A stretch of 64,000 nucleotides of DNA from Candidatus Cloacimonadales bacterium. Lineage in GTDB: Bacteria; Cloacimonadota; Cloacimonadia; Cloacimonadales; JAFGVF01. Below, piece after piece: positions 50,078 through 60,990 of this stretch. The first letter of the stretch is position 1. The number at the start of each line of letters is the position of its first letter. The notes under the pieces are model-generated. The model did no database searches. It worked only from the letters and a program-made list of their open reading frames with translations, and was not told the DNA's origin. Both the position numbers and the translations under genes were made by a program. The stretch spans positions 1,120,001 through 1,184,000 of the forward strand of contig OY759729.1 in NCBI GenBank assembly GCA_963662585.1, given 5' to 3'.

Positions 50078-52597
50078 TTACGGATTGCAGAGACGAACTA
50101 TTTTATTATAGAGTTCATTTTTGTTAATTGGCTTAGCAACAAACTCATTACAGCCTGCAGCAATATACTTATCTCTCTCTTCTGACATGGCATAAGCTGT
50201 TAAAGCTATAACCGGAAGTTCTTTAAATTTGTCACTTTGTCTGACATTATGAAGAGTTTCCATACCATCCATAACTGGCATTTGCATATCTAATAGGAAT
50301 ATATCATAATCTTTTATTTCTAACATATCTAAGGCTATTTTCCCATTATCAGCAATATCACAGGTGTTATTTACTTTCTTTAAAATTGATTTAATCAGCT
50401 TTTGATTAATAGCATTATCTTCAGCAACTAAAATTTTTATATTCCCTAAATCAGTAATAGTGCTGGTGTCTAGATCCATTTTATCTTTCAAGGGAGCTGA
50501 ACCTTTCCCTTCAGGAAGTGGGATAGTTACTTCAAAGGTAGAACCACGATTAAGTTTTGATTCAACTATTATTTCACCTTCCATTACATCAACGATTCTT
50601 TTAACAATAGAAAGTCCTAAACCTGTGCCATAAGTTACTTTTTTCTCATCCGACCTAATCTGTTCAAAAGCATTAAAGATAGAATCTATTTTTTGTTTTC
50701 TAATCCCAATTCCAGTATCTTTTACTAAGAAAGTTGCCTTACCATCACGATATTTTAACTCTAGAGTAATCTCTCCTCTCTCAGTATAATTGACAGCATT
50801 AGAGAGTAAATTTATCAGAATCTGCTTAAGCTGAATCTCATCACCTACTACCCTATCTGGAATAATTAAGGATTTAACTACATTGAATTCCAATGCTTTG
50901 TTGCTAGCACTAATAGAGATTATTCTATGAACCTCATCAACAACATTTTTTAAAGAAAATTCTACTTTAGCAAGTTTTATATTTCCTGATTCAATCTTAG
51001 AAAGTTCAAGAATATTATTAATAATATCCAAAAGATGATTTCCTGATTGGACAATAGTTCTAAGTTTTTCTCTCTTATCAAGATCTCTTTCAATATCATA
51101 TATTAACTGAGAAAAACCATTAATTGCGTTTAGAGGTGTTCTAATTTCATGACTCATGTGTGATAGGAAAGTAGATTTTGCTCTATTAGCTTCTTCAGCA
51201 TCCTCTTTCGCCTTTTTCAAGTCTTCTTCAAAAGATTTCATATCTGAAACATCTATTAAATATTCTAGATAACCTACATAATTTTGATTAGCATCAAAAA
51301 GTAAGCGTGTATGGTCTTTAACCCAAATTTCTGAGCCATCCTTCTTAATTATTTTATAAGGAGAATGAGAGTAAAATTCTTGCTTTTTTTCATAAAACAC
51401 ATCAGCTTCCATCATTAGTTTAGGAAGCATGTCCTCACTAATTAAGGAATTAATATCAATATTCATCTTGATAAATTCATCTTTAGTATAACCGGTAAAG
51501 TGTTTTACATTTTCAGATATCCATTCAATTTTTTTATTCTCTTCACGATTAATGCACTTCATAACCATAACTGGTCCGTTTTCAAAGAGGTTTCTCTCAA
51601 CTATCAAATTACCAAGATGTTCTTCTTTTTCTGTAATATCACTAAAACCAACTAAAATCAGATTGCTATCAATCTTGGAGAAGTGTAAATTAAAGATATC
51701 ATAGTTATCTTTGATGTTGAATTCTATCTTTTCTATATGAAGACTAGTCTCATTATTCTTTAGAAATTCCTGTTTTTTCTCTAAAATTGTTTTCACAAGT
51801 TCAGGATTGTTTGAGAAAGAATAAAGTAAAGAGCTGAAAGAATAATCAGAGATACTTTCTTTTTTAAATTGTAGATAGACATATTGATTAAAGTAGATAA
51901 TATTATCATTTTCTAGGATTAAGATAGGAAAAGGGATTTTATCTATTGTATTGTGAAAGCCAATATTATTATCGGCAATGTTCTTTTGCGCGAGATAGTT
52001 CTCTGTAAAATCACTAAATATGGTGCTTAACAACCTATGATTAAAAGGTTCGTTTGAGACAATGGTAGTTATACGAAAATGGAAAAACCTATTATTCAAA
52101 TTTCCATGCACAAAATAATCACCTCTTTGGCCAGTCTTTTTACTCAGTTCAGATTGCTCAACAATCTTCTTTATATCATCATCATTAATTGTAAGTTCTT
52201 TTGCTATATCAGAAATAGATAAGTTATCATTATCTTTCATGAAAGAATCTAAGCTTGGAGATAAAGAATTATTTTTTAGAATTGTAACATCATTTTCATC
52301 TTTAGTAATAATAATAGCAGGGACTAGTCCGATTATATCTCTAATTATTGAAGTTAAAATACCTTTATTAATCGAAGAGTACATAAAACTGTTTTTTAAA
52401 ATTGTTTTTCTATCAAATCCCAGTTTTTCATAACCACTTAAATCTACCAGCAGATGTACTTGCTCTTCATTAAGAATATAAGAGCCCTTAAGCTCATCTT
52501 TATTAGTGATATTTAATAATTCTGAGTATTCTTTAATGGTATTTATGTCCAATTCTAATTTATCACATAACTCTTTACAAGTAAATTCTTTTTTCAT
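50078..52597 (-). CDS. Cytoplasmic hybrid histidine kinase: MerR-like HTH, PAS, HisKA, HATPase, REC
   Basis: N-terminal FTCKELCDKLELDINTIKEYS; PAS/PAC KKDGSEIWV; SHEIRTPLN, NLLSNA, DTGIGI, GTGLGL; REC AEDN..LLDMQMP..KP. No TM helix seen. Confidence 0.88.
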   Translation of the reverse strand: MKKEFTCKELCDKLELDINTIKEYSELLNITNKDELKGSYILNEEQVHLLVDLSGYEKLGFDRKTILKNSFMYSSINKGILTSIIRDIIGLVPAIIITKDENDVTILKNNSLSPSLDSFMKDNDNLSISDIAKELTINDDDIKKIVEQSELSKKTGQRGDYFVHGNLNNRFFHFRITTIVSNEPFNHRLLSTIFSDFTENYLAQKNIADNNIGFHNTIDKIPFPILILENDNIIYFNQYVYLQFKKESISDYSFSSLLYSFSNNPELVKTILEKKQEFLKNNETSLHIEKIEFNIKDNYDIFNLHFSKIDSNLILVGFSDITEKEEHLGNLIVERNLFENGPVMVMKCINREENKKIEWISENVKHFTGYTKDEFIKMNIDINSLISEDMLPKLMMEADVFYEKKQEFYSHSPYKIIKKDGSEIWVKDHTRLLFDANQNYVGYLEYLIDVSDMKSFEEDLKKAKEDAEEANRAKSTFLSHMSHEIRTPLNAINGFSQLIYDIERDLDKREKLRTIVQSGNHLLDIINNILELSKIESGNIKLAKVEFSLKNVVDEVHRIISISASNKALEFNVVKSLIIPDRVVGDEIQLKQILINLLSNAVNYTERGEITLELKYRDGKATFLVKDTGIGIRKQKIDSIFNAFEQIRSDEKKVTYGTGLGLSIVKRIVDVMEGEIIVESKLNRGSTFEVTIPLPEGKGSAPLKDKMDLDTSTITDLGNIKILVAEDNAINQKLIKSILKKVNNTCDIADNGKIALDMLEIKDYDIFLLDMQMPVMDGMETLHNVRQSDKFKELPVIALTAYAMSEERDKYIAAGCNEFVAKPINKNELYNKIVRLCNP

Positions 52598-52778
52598 AGA
52601 TTAGTCCATTTGGTAAGATTTTTACTCATATCAAGGTTTATAGTTTACTTGTCAAGAAAACATTTGTAGAATCTTTAAATTTTACTATTTATGCTAAAAG
52701 CAATCTATAAATAATGAACAAATGTGAATCATCAATAATACTTATTTAATGAACTATTTTAAGGTCATCTTTAATAAC

Positions 52779-53918
52779 TTAATAAGCCAAAATTAGGATT
52801 GCTTCAATGTCTTCTCTTTTAAATTTACTTACACTACCAATAGCAGGGAACTCCATAATTTTATCTGCGATCCTACTTAGGTCACTCTTATGAATGCAAA
52901 GGTCTCTTAGGGATACTGGACTACCCCAATCGCGAATTTTATTCCTCATTGAGATTAAGGCTGAGATAGTATTATCTTCTCCCCAGATTTCAAACCAATC
53001 ATTAAACTTTTCAGGATATTTGAATACCATATATTCAATCCAAGCTGGGAAAATAACTCCCAAGCCTGCTCCATGAGCTATTTTAGGAAAGAGAGCTGAT
53101 AGAGCATGTTCAATAATATGACAAGCCCAGTCTCCACCATTCATAGCAATGCCACTAATACCATTTAAAGCAAGTGTTGCAGACCAAGCGAGATTAGCTC
53201 TAGCTGTATAATCCTTAGGATCATCTTGCAGTCTATTAACCATAGCAATAATAGTCTTTACTAATGCTTTATCGATTTCTCTTGTAGCAATTGCTTGCGA
53301 ATCCACAAAATAGTATTCAAAGATATGAGCTATTGCATCTAGCCCGCCATTAACAGTTTGATTCCAAGGAAGAGAAAACTGAATAGTAGGGTCGATAATT
53401 GAAAGCTTAGGAAATAGTAATGGTGAGCCTCCACCCCATTTTTGTTGTGTCTTGGTATTAGTAATTACAAAACCACTATTCATTTCTGAACCAGTAGCAG
53501 ATATTGTCAGAACAGTATAAATTGGAAGAGCTTTTTCAGCCTGGACTTTTTTTTGCATAAAAAGCCATAAATCTTCTAAGTAAAAGCCAACAGCGACCCC
53601 CTTAGCGCTATCAATTACACTTCCACCACCCACAGCTAAGATGGAATCAACATTATTATCTCTAGCCAGCTTGATTGCTTCATTTACTTTTTCTAAAGTT
53701 GGATTTGCTTGAATTCCCCACATTTCGATACATTCAATATCGTATTTCTTAAGAGAATCTACAATTTGTTCATATAGTCCATTAGCCTTAATGGAGCCTT
53801 TCCCTGCTAATAGTAGAACTTTTTTATGGTCATTATCCTTTAGTTCTTTACCAATTTCACTAACTTTATTCTTCCCAAATATTATTTTCGTTGGGTTATA
53901 AAAATTGAAATTATTCAT
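52779..53918 (-). CDS. Iron-containing alcohol dehydrogenase (BdhA/YqhD butanol dehydrogenase-like)
   Basis: NPTKIIFG, AVGGGSVIDSAK, TISATGSE, H.IEH.LS, HGAGL. Confidence 0.93.
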   Translation of the reverse strand: MNNFNFYNPTKIIFGKNKVSEIGKELKDNDHKKVLLLAGKGSIKANGLYEQIVDSLKKYDIECIEMWGIQANPTLEKVNEAIKLARDNNVDSILAVGGGSVIDSAKGVAVGFYLEDLWLFMQKKVQAEKALPIYTVLTISATGSEMNSGFVITNTKTQQKWGGGSPLLFPKLSIIDPTIQFSLPWNQTVNGGLDAIAHIFEYYFVDSQAIATREIDKALVKTIIAMVNRLQDDPKDYTARANLAWSATLALNGISGIAMNGGDWACHIIEHALSALFPKIAHGAGLGVIFPAWIEYMVFKYPEKFNDWFEIWGEDNTISALISMRNKIRDWGSPVSLRDLCIHKSDLSRIADKIMEFPAIGSVSKFKREDIEAILILAY

Positions 53919-54305
53919 CTCTCCACCCTATTCTTTTTTATGTTCATAATATAATTAGAATAAGCTTGATTAGCAAATTGAAACTATTTTTTTCTTTTAA
54001 ATTGCTAGGATTTATCGGAACTTAGCCACTTTTAGCTTATTAAAAAAAATATTAATTAGCTATATATTTTAAAAATTTGGAAAAAATTATTTTTTTGATT
54101 GACTTATCTAAAATAAACTAATATTTTAGTTTTTTAGATTATTATGTGAATAAAGTATCTTTAATAATTGATTTAATAGTAATTATTGAAGATTAATTTT
54201 AAAAAGTGAATATAGTATAGAGTTATTAAATAACATAAAGCATTATACACTTACATTATAGATTAATAGAGCATTTATTAAGTGAACAGGTTGTAAGGAG
54301 TTACT

Positions 54306-55931
54306 TTGGATACTAAAGCAAAGATATTAGTTGTAGATGATGAAAAGATAATAAGAAAGTTGCTTGGTGCTACCTTAACCAAAAATGGCTATGAAATTGA
54401 TTTCGCCTCTAATGGTTATGAAGCAATAAGTAAAATAAAGAGTGATAAGTTTGATTTGATTCTGCTAGATGTAACAATGCCTGGCTTAGATGGCTTTGAA
54501 ACATGTCGAAGACTTATCAATATAGATCCTGAGCTTCCTGTAATCCAAGTTACTTCAAGTACTGATAATGAATCCTTAACAAAAGGTTTTGAAGCAGGAG
54601 CCTTAGATTATATCAGAAAGCCTTGGCAAACCATGGAATTACTAGCTCGAGTTAAGAATATTCTTAGAATAAAAGCTGCAGAAAGAGAAAAGCAAATATA
54701 TTTTAAGACCCTTCAAGATGATATGATAACTGCTTCTGTGATTATGAAGATGATACTTCCTGAATGGATTTTCCTTGATAATAATATGTTATTTGTCTCT
54801 GACTATATTCCTTCTAATCATGTAGGAGGAGATGTATTTAATTCTGTCAAACTCAATGATAATCAATATATTGTCTATCTAGGAGATATATCTGGACATG
54901 GAGTGCAGGCAGCCCTCTTCATGTCAGCTGTGAGAACAACCATAAATTTACTCATTGATGAACTTAAAGATGATTTTGATATCACAACTTTGATGACTAA
55001 GCTCAACACTACTCTATCCAAAGATTTATTCAAATCAACCGACTCTTATTTCACTCTCATATTTGGTATGGTTGATTTAAAAGAAAATACTTTTGAGTAT
55101 ATAAATTGTGGACATCCTCCTTTCATTGAATACAATGTAAAAACTAATGAAGTAATTATTCATGATGAGAAGGGAACTATCCCTATTGGCTGGAAGGTTA
55201 ATTATACTTTTGATCAGACAGAAGTTGGTAAAATTGACTTAACAATGGATAAGATTATCTTCCTCTATACAGATGGTTTAAATGAGAGTATTGATAATGA
55301 TGGAAATGAGTTTGGTATTAATGGATTAACTAATATCTTAAAGAACAAGATTGAAGATATCAATACTGTAACCCTACCCTTTAAAATTAAACAATATCTG
55401 CAAGATAAAAAATATAAACTTAGTAGTGATGATTTTACCCTTTTTGCTTTCCAAATGCAAGGTATGACCGATTTAGTAACTGTACAAGAAGATCCAGATA
55501 AAATCAAGAAAATGGTATTTTGGATTAAAGCGGTCATGAAAGATGTGGGCTATGTGTCTCAACACTGTGAAAAACTAATACTAGCTTGGACTAAAAATGC
55601 AACTCTTTCTGCAAAGGTTGAAATAATTATTGATGAACTTCTAAATAATATTATAGAACATGGCTATAAATATGAAGAGACTGCTAGAATAGTCTTTGAA
55701 TTTAAATTAGCTGGTTCCAAACTATATATCACAATGTGGGATAAAGGTATTGAATGGATACCAGAGACAGTGAAATATAATCAAGATAATCCTTATCTCT
55801 TTGAAAAAGACCTCTTTGATGTTTCAGGAAGAGGACTCTACATGGTTTTATCTTGGTCTCAAGAATTTTATCGCAACAGATATTCTGAAGAGCTAAATGA
55901 AACAATTGTTGTTTTAGATGTAAACAGATAG
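54306..55931 (+). CDS. REC - PP2C (SpoIIE) phosphatase - RsbW-like HATPase fusion
   Basis: TTG start after AAGGAG. REC: VVDD, LLDVTMP, KP. PP2C: VGGD, GDISGHG, NCGH, YTDG, DD. Kinase: DELLNNIIEHG, DKG, GRGL. Confidence 0.9.
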   Translation: MDTKAKILVVDDEKIIRKLLGATLTKNGYEIDFASNGYEAISKIKSDKFDLILLDVTMPGLDGFETCRRLINIDPELPVIQVTSSTDNESLTKGFEAGALDYIRKPWQTMELLARVKNILRIKAAEREKQIYFKTLQDDMITASVIMKMILPEWIFLDNNMLFVSDYIPSNHVGGDVFNSVKLNDNQYIVYLGDISGHGVQAALFMSAVRTTINLLIDELKDDFDITTLMTKLNTTLSKDLFKSTDSYFTLIFGMVDLKENTFEYINCGHPPFIEYNVKTNEVIIHDEKGTIPIGWKVNYTFDQTEVGKIDLTMDKIIFLYTDGLNESIDNDGNEFGINGLTNILKNKIEDINTVTLPFKIKQYLQDKKYKLSSDDFTLFAFQMQGMTDLVTVQEDPDKIKKMVFWIKAVMKDVGYVSQHCEKLILAWTKNATLSAKVEIIIDELLNNIIEHGYKYEETARIVFEFKLAGSKLYITMWDKGIEWIPETVKYNQDNPYLFEKDLFDVSGRGLYMVLSWSQEFYRNRYSEELNETIVVLDVNR

Positions 55932-55940
55932 GAGTTTATC

Positions 55941-56774
55941 ATGCCAAAAGTTTCTATAATTATGAGAGTTTATAATGAGATGCCTTATATAAAATATGCC
56001 TTGAGAATGCTTAAACAACAGAGTTTTCAAGATTATGAATTGATAGTTGTCGATTCAGGATCTACGGATGGAAGCTATCAAGTTGCTCAAGACGCTAATC
56101 CTGATATTATTTACCAAATTACTCCTGGTACTTATGTTCCTGGAAGAGTTTTAAATGAAGCTATCAATAAAGCGTCAGGTGATTTTATTGTCTTTAACAA
56201 CTCCGATTGTATTCCTCAAAATAACTTTTGGTTAGAAAACCTAATAAAGCCCCTTCAACAAGACCCAGATACTATTGCTGTATTTGCTAATCAAGTTCCT
56301 CGTCCTGAGGCAACACCTTTGGTTAGAAAAGATTATGAACGCGCTTTTGGAGATGGTTCAATCTCTTCTAAATGGAAGCATTTCTTCTCTTTAGCCTCTT
56401 CGGCAGTAAGAAAAGATATTATTATTCAATACCCATTTAACCCAAGCATTCAGTATTCTGAAGATATAGAGTGGTCCTGGAGAATGAAACAAATGGGTAG
56501 AAAAATCACCTATGTAGCTGATGCAATAGTAGAACATTCTCATAATTATACTTGGAAAGGTTTAGTCAAACGCTATACAGGTGAAGGAAAAGCTGAAAAA
56601 GAGATTTATAAAGAACAAAGGGATTGTTTTATGAAATCAGTACTTTTTTCAGCAGGACTTGAATTCATAAGAGATTTCATTTATTTAATCAAACATCGCC
56701 AAGTGCAATGGATACCATATTCTTGCTGTGTGAGATTTTTACAACGATATTGTGTTTGGAAAGCTAGAGCGTAA
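55941..56774 (+). CDS. Glycosyltransferase family 2 (rhamnosyltransferase-like)
   Basis: VSIIMRVYNE, VVDSGSTDG, NSD, SEDIEW, VEHSH. Confidence 0.9.
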   Translation: MPKVSIIMRVYNEMPYIKYALRMLKQQSFQDYELIVVDSGSTDGSYQVAQDANPDIIYQITPGTYVPGRVLNEAINKASGDFIVFNNSDCIPQNNFWLENLIKPLQQDPDTIAVFANQVPRPEATPLVRKDYERAFGDGSISSKWKHFFSLASSAVRKDIIIQYPFNPSIQYSEDIEWSWRMKQMGRKITYVADAIVEHSHNYTWKGLVKRYTGEGKAEKEIYKEQRDCFMKSVLFSAGLEFIRDFIYLIKHRQVQWIPYSCCVRFLQRYCVWKARA

Positions 56775-56779
56775 TTATT

Positions 56780-57901
56780 ATGACAAAATACAAAATACTA
56801 GTTTCAGTACTGGCCTATGACAACGGGAAATCAGGAATTGCAGACTACATTAATAATGTGGTGAAATATCTTTCAATTGACCATAGCTTAGATATCTTAA
56901 TTTATGAGAAGGATAGCTACATATTCCCCCATAAAAAAGAGAATATTAATTTTCTATTGGTATCTGATAAATTTTCTAAAGCTGCTGTTAGTATGTCTTA
57001 CCATCTCTTTGTCTTACCTTTTACATTACCTTTAGATGACTATGATTTTGTCTTCTTACCAGCAGGAAATAGAAGATTATTTTCCTACTATCCTAAAAAG
57101 ACCATAGTTACCTTCCATGATCTTTCTCAATTTCATATCGAGAATAAATATGATTCTCTCAGAATGCATTACATCAAGAAAGTAATACCTTTCTTTTTGA
57201 AAAAAGCTCAAATCGTTATGGCAATTAGTGAGAGTACCAAAAGTGATTTAGTAAAATACTATGGTATGCCTAAAGAGAATATTGAAGTTAATTATAATGG
57301 CTATGATCCTTCTAAATTAGCAGTTAATCTTTCCCAAGAGCAATTAGTGAATAAATTTAACATTATTGATGATTATATCTTATATATATCAAGGATTGAA
57401 CATCCAGGTAAGAATCATCTTAATCTAATCAAAGCTTATGAATTGCTACCTGAATACCTTAAGAAGAAGTATCAATTGGTTTTTGCAGGAAGCGAATGGA
57501 ATGGAGTAGAAGAAGTCACAAATTATGCTCAGAAATCTCCTGATAAAGATAGAATTATCTTCTTAGGTTTTGTTCCAGATCAAGATTTAGGTGCTCTTTA
57601 TAAGTTTTCATCCCTCTATGCCTTCCCTTCTTTCTATGAGGGATTTGGTATCCCTTTGTTAGAAGCTATGTATAGTGAAACCCCTGTAATATGTTCGAAT
57701 GTATCGTCACTTCCTGAAATCGGTGGAGATGCTGTAATTACTTTCGACCCAAATTCTCCAGAAAATATCTCAGGTGTCATCAAATATGTTCTAGAAAACC
57801 CTGAAGTCTCTAAGAAAATGGTGTTGAGTGGAAAAGAGCAAGTTAAGAAGTTCAGTTGGGAAAAACATTGCCAAAAGATTATTGATTTAATTGAAGAGTG
57901 A
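56780..57901 (+). CDS. Glycosyltransferase family 4
   Basis: TFHDL, ISESTK.DL, KNH..LIKAY, FPSFYEGFGIPLLEAM. Confidence 0.93.
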   Translation: MTKYKILVSVLAYDNGKSGIADYINNVVKYLSIDHSLDILIYEKDSYIFPHKKENINFLLVSDKFSKAAVSMSYHLFVLPFTLPLDDYDFVFLPAGNRRLFSYYPKKTIVTFHDLSQFHIENKYDSLRMHYIKKVIPFFLKKAQIVMAISESTKSDLVKYYGMPKENIEVNYNGYDPSKLAVNLSQEQLVNKFNIIDDYILYISRIEHPGKNHLNLIKAYELLPEYLKKKYQLVFAGSEWNGVEEVTNYAQKSPDKDRIIFLGFVPDQDLGALYKFSSLYAFPSFYEGFGIPLLEAMYSETPVICSNVSSLPEIGGDAVITFDPNSPENISGVIKYVLENPEVSKKMVLSGKEQVKKFSWEKHCQKIIDLIEE

Positions 57902-57924
57902 AAGACAAGGAGAAAGCAAAATAC

Positions 57925-58024
57925 TTTTCACCAGAATTAACGAGAATGTAGGGGCGAAACATTTTTCTTCCTACTAAAAGACGAAAGATCTCTTCTGTCC
58001 GCCATTCTCTTAAATCCCCTTTCA
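57925..58024 (+). repeat. Degenerate copy of the mosaic modules
   Basis: GAATTAACGAGAATGTAGGGGCG, TCTTCTGTCCGCC and TCTCTTAAATCCCCT, downstream of the GT4 gene. Confidence 0.65.
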
Positions 58025-58074
58025 GTTCCTCAGAGCGATTTGAAATCTAGAGATTTTAGGCCTTTCTTAAATAT

Positions 58075-58554
58075 TTAATCCTTAAACCTCTCTGCAAAGT
58101 CCGTAATTTTATCATTGTCAATATCTTTATAACTATTCTTAACTTTTCTAACATATTTTAAGATTAGCCTAACGATCCAAGAGAACTTCTTAAGTTTTAT
58201 CTCAGAGCCAATTACCGAGACGATTTCAGCATTGGTATAGAGATCATTAGGAATTGCATCTTTTATCTGCCTTTCCAAAACATCCTGCTTAGGTTCTCCA
58301 GCCATGATAAATATTCCAAACTTTCTTTGGAGAATTTCAGGACGGTGCAAAAAGATGAAATTCTTTATTTTTCTATCGATTTGACCAAAATAGATTGATG
58401 AACCAATCAAAATATTATCATATTTAGAGATATCTTCAACTTTTTCTTCATGCACATTCACAATTTTTACATTACCGACTATTCTCTTTCTGATTAGTTC
58501 AGCAACCTCTTTTACACTTCCATTCTTGGTAGCGTAGATTATTAATGTGTTCAT
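58075..58554 (-). CDS. Flavodoxin-domain protein (HemG-like)
   Basis: LIIYATKNGSVKEVAE, YDNILIGSSIYFG. Confidence 0.85.
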   Translation of the reverse strand: MNTLIIYATKNGSVKEVAELIRKRIVGNVKIVNVHEEKVEDISKYDNILIGSSIYFGQIDRKIKNFIFLHRPEILQRKFGIFIMAGEPKQDVLERQIKDAIPNDLYTNAEIVSVIGSEIKLKKFSWIVRLILKYVRKVKNSYKDIDNDKITDFAERFKD

Positions 58555-59141
58555 TCCAAATCTCCTCTTTTGATTACTTGTTGGAATAACTCTTGTAATT
58601 CTCTATCTTCAATAACTCTGTCAGCTGATTCCAAGAATTCATCCATTCTTTCATTATCATGGCCTTTATAAATAGCCGCTTGCATTCCCATTTCGAATTT
58701 ATCTATCTGTTTCAAAAATTTAGCTTCAGCTGATTCAGCTTTTTCAAACTCTTTCCACAAGTTAATAAACTCATCTCCCTCAGGATAACTACTAAATACT
58801 TTCTCCACACTTTGGAGCTCAAGTTCATATTTCTCAGCTAAAGAGACCCCATCAACTGGAGTAATATCTCCAGCATAAATCTCCCCTATCTCATGTACTA
58901 AAGCCATCTTTATTAATTTTTCTTCATTCAGATTTAAATTTAATCTCTTAGCTAATATCCAAGCAGTCATTGCGGTTCCAAAAGTGTGATCAGCAACTGA
59001 TTCACCCTCATTTTCAGGAATATCACGCTTTAACCAACCCTGCCGAAAGAGATTCTTAAGCTTGAATATCTGATACAATACTTCTAAATTATCATCTGCA
59101 AAGAAACTATTATCCTGTTGTTTATATTTCTTCTTCATCAT
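58551..59141 (-). CDS. HD-domain hydrolase (YfbR/HDDC2-like)
   Basis: LK..FRQGW, ESVADH, LVHEIGE...GDITP, W.EFE...S.EA....IDK. Confidence 0.87.
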   Translation of the reverse strand: MMKKKYKQQDNSFFADDNLEVLYQIFKLKNLFRQGWLKRDIPENEGESVADHTFGTAMTAWILAKRLNLNLNEEKLIKMALVHEIGEIYAGDITPVDGVSLAEKYELELQSVEKVFSSYPEGDEFINLWKEFEKAESAEAKFLKQIDKFEMGMQAAIYKGHDNERMDEFLESADRVIEDRELQELFQQVIKRGDLE

Positions 59142-59313
59142 TAATTTCCTTAATTAAAACTATTTTCCATCTTAAATATATTAATTTTATCTGTCAATAG
59201 TGATTTTTAATTGCTTTATCAGTCTTAATAATTCTCCCTGTTTTATTGCATATTTGTTTATTTACCAAAACAGCTTATACTTTCCTTAAAATTAATTACA
59301 TTGAGGAGTAAAA

Positions 59314-60984
59314 ATGAAAACTGACTTAGAGATAGCAAGTGAAATTGAATTAGAACATATTGATAGTGTTGCAGCTAAATTAGGCCTTAAACCTGCAGAT
59401 TTAGAACATTATGGTGATTATAAAGCAAAGATTAAGCTACCTGTTGTAGCCGATATAAGAAAGCGAGAAAGAGGGAAATTGATATTAGTCTCGGCTATAA
59501 CTCCAACTCCAGCTGGAGAGGGTAAAACAACTGTATCTATTGGACTTTCCATGGCCTTGAATAAGATAGGTAAGAAAGCCAGTGTTGCCATCCGAGAGCC
59601 CTCTTTAGGCCCTGTATTCGGAATTAAAGGTGGAGCAGCCGGTGGAGGTTATTCCCAAGTTTTACCAATGGAAGATATTAATCTCCATTTTACTGGGGAC
59701 TTCCACGCAATTACAACTGCTAATAATACCCTTTCAGCCCTAATTGATAATCATATTTATCAAGGTAACGCCTTAGATATTGACCCTCGTAGAGTTACCT
59801 GGAAGAGAGTTTTAGATGTAAATGATAGAATGCTACGGAATGTTGTAATTGGCTTAGGTGGTAAAACCCAAGGAATCCCTATGGAAGAAGGCTTTGACAT
59901 AACTCCTGCTTCTGAGATTATGGCTATTCTATGTCTTTCCAATGACTTAACAGAATTAAAAAGAAAGATTGGCGAGATAACTATTGGCTTCAACTACAGT
60001 GGAGAACCTGTCTTAGTGAAACATTTAGGTTACGAAGGAGCCATAACAACCCTCTTGAAAGATGCTATCAAACCTAATATTGTTCAAACTATTGAACACA
60101 CTCCTGCTTTTATTCATGGCGGACCTTTTGCTAATATTGCCCAAGGTGCAAATAGTATTATCGCTACTAAAACAGCTTTAGGACTTAGCGATTTTGTCGT
60201 TACTGAAGCTGGATTCGGATTTGATCTCGGAGCAGAAAAGTTTTTTGATATCGTTTGCCCTTACGGAGGTTTCTGTACAAGTGCAGCAGTAGTCGTAGCA
60301 ACTATTAGAGCTATCAAATTCCATGGTGGAGTCAAGCTCAAAGATCTCTCAGAAGCAAATCCTGAAGCAGTAAGAAAGGGTATCGTTAACTTAGAAAAAC
60401 ATCTAGAAAACACTAAAAAGTTTGGAATGAAATCCATCGTAGCAATTAATAAATTCGCTACTGACACCCAAGAAGAAATTGATATTGTTACCAATTTTGT
60501 AGAAAACTTAGGTTTTGAAGTTTCTCTTGTAGAATTCTTTACCAAAGGTGGAGATGGTGGTATTGATTTAGCAAAAAAAGTTGTAGCTATGATTGAATCC
60601 GATACTTGTAAGCTACATAGTCTCTATGACAGAAAAGAAGCTGTAAAAGATAAAATCTTTAAGATAGCTCATGAAATCTATGGAGCTGAAGCTGTTGATT
60701 ACTCACTTGAGGCTAAGAAGACCCTTAAATTAATCGATAAGTATGGCTATAATGAGTTACCTATTTGTATAGCCAAAACTCAAAAATCTCTCTCTGATAA
60801 CCCTTCCCTTCTCGGCAGACCAAAAGATTTCTTAGTTACTGTCCGTGAAATTATTATTTCTTCAGGGGCAGGATTTATAGTTCCGATTACAGGTGATATT
60901 ATGAGAATGCCAGGACTTCCTAAAACTCCTTCAGCGGAGAAAATGGATATTGATCAAGATGGAACAATTACTGGATTATTCTAA
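59314..60984 (+). CDS. fhs: Formate--tetrahydrofolate ligase
   Basis: TPTPAGEGKTT, REPSLGP, INLHFTGD, HGGPFANIA, MPGLP. Confidence 0.98.
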   Translation: MKTDLEIASEIELEHIDSVAAKLGLKPADLEHYGDYKAKIKLPVVADIRKRERGKLILVSAITPTPAGEGKTTVSIGLSMALNKIGKKASVAIREPSLGPVFGIKGGAAGGGYSQVLPMEDINLHFTGDFHAITTANNTLSALIDNHIYQGNALDIDPRRVTWKRVLDVNDRMLRNVVIGLGGKTQGIPMEEGFDITPASEIMAILCLSNDLTELKRKIGEITIGFNYSGEPVLVKHLGYEGAITTLLKDAIKPNIVQTIEHTPAFIHGGPFANIAQGANSIIATKTALGLSDFVVTEAGFGFDLGAEKFFDIVCPYGGFCTSAAVVVATIRAIKFHGGVKLKDLSEANPEAVRKGIVNLEKHLENTKKFGMKSIVAINKFATDTQEEIDIVTNFVENLGFEVSLVEFFTKGGDGGIDLAKKVVAMIESDTCKLHSLYDRKEAVKDKIFKIAHEIYGAEAVDYSLEAKKTLKLIDKYGYNELPICIAKTQKSLSDNPSLLGRPKDFLVTVREIIISSGAGFIVPITGDIMRMPGLPKTPSAEKMDIDQDGTITGLF

Positions 60985-60990
60985 ATAATC

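Noticed and set aside
59142..59313. ZTP or THF riboswitch before fhs
   Set aside because: The region is AT-rich with no recognisable aptamer stems.
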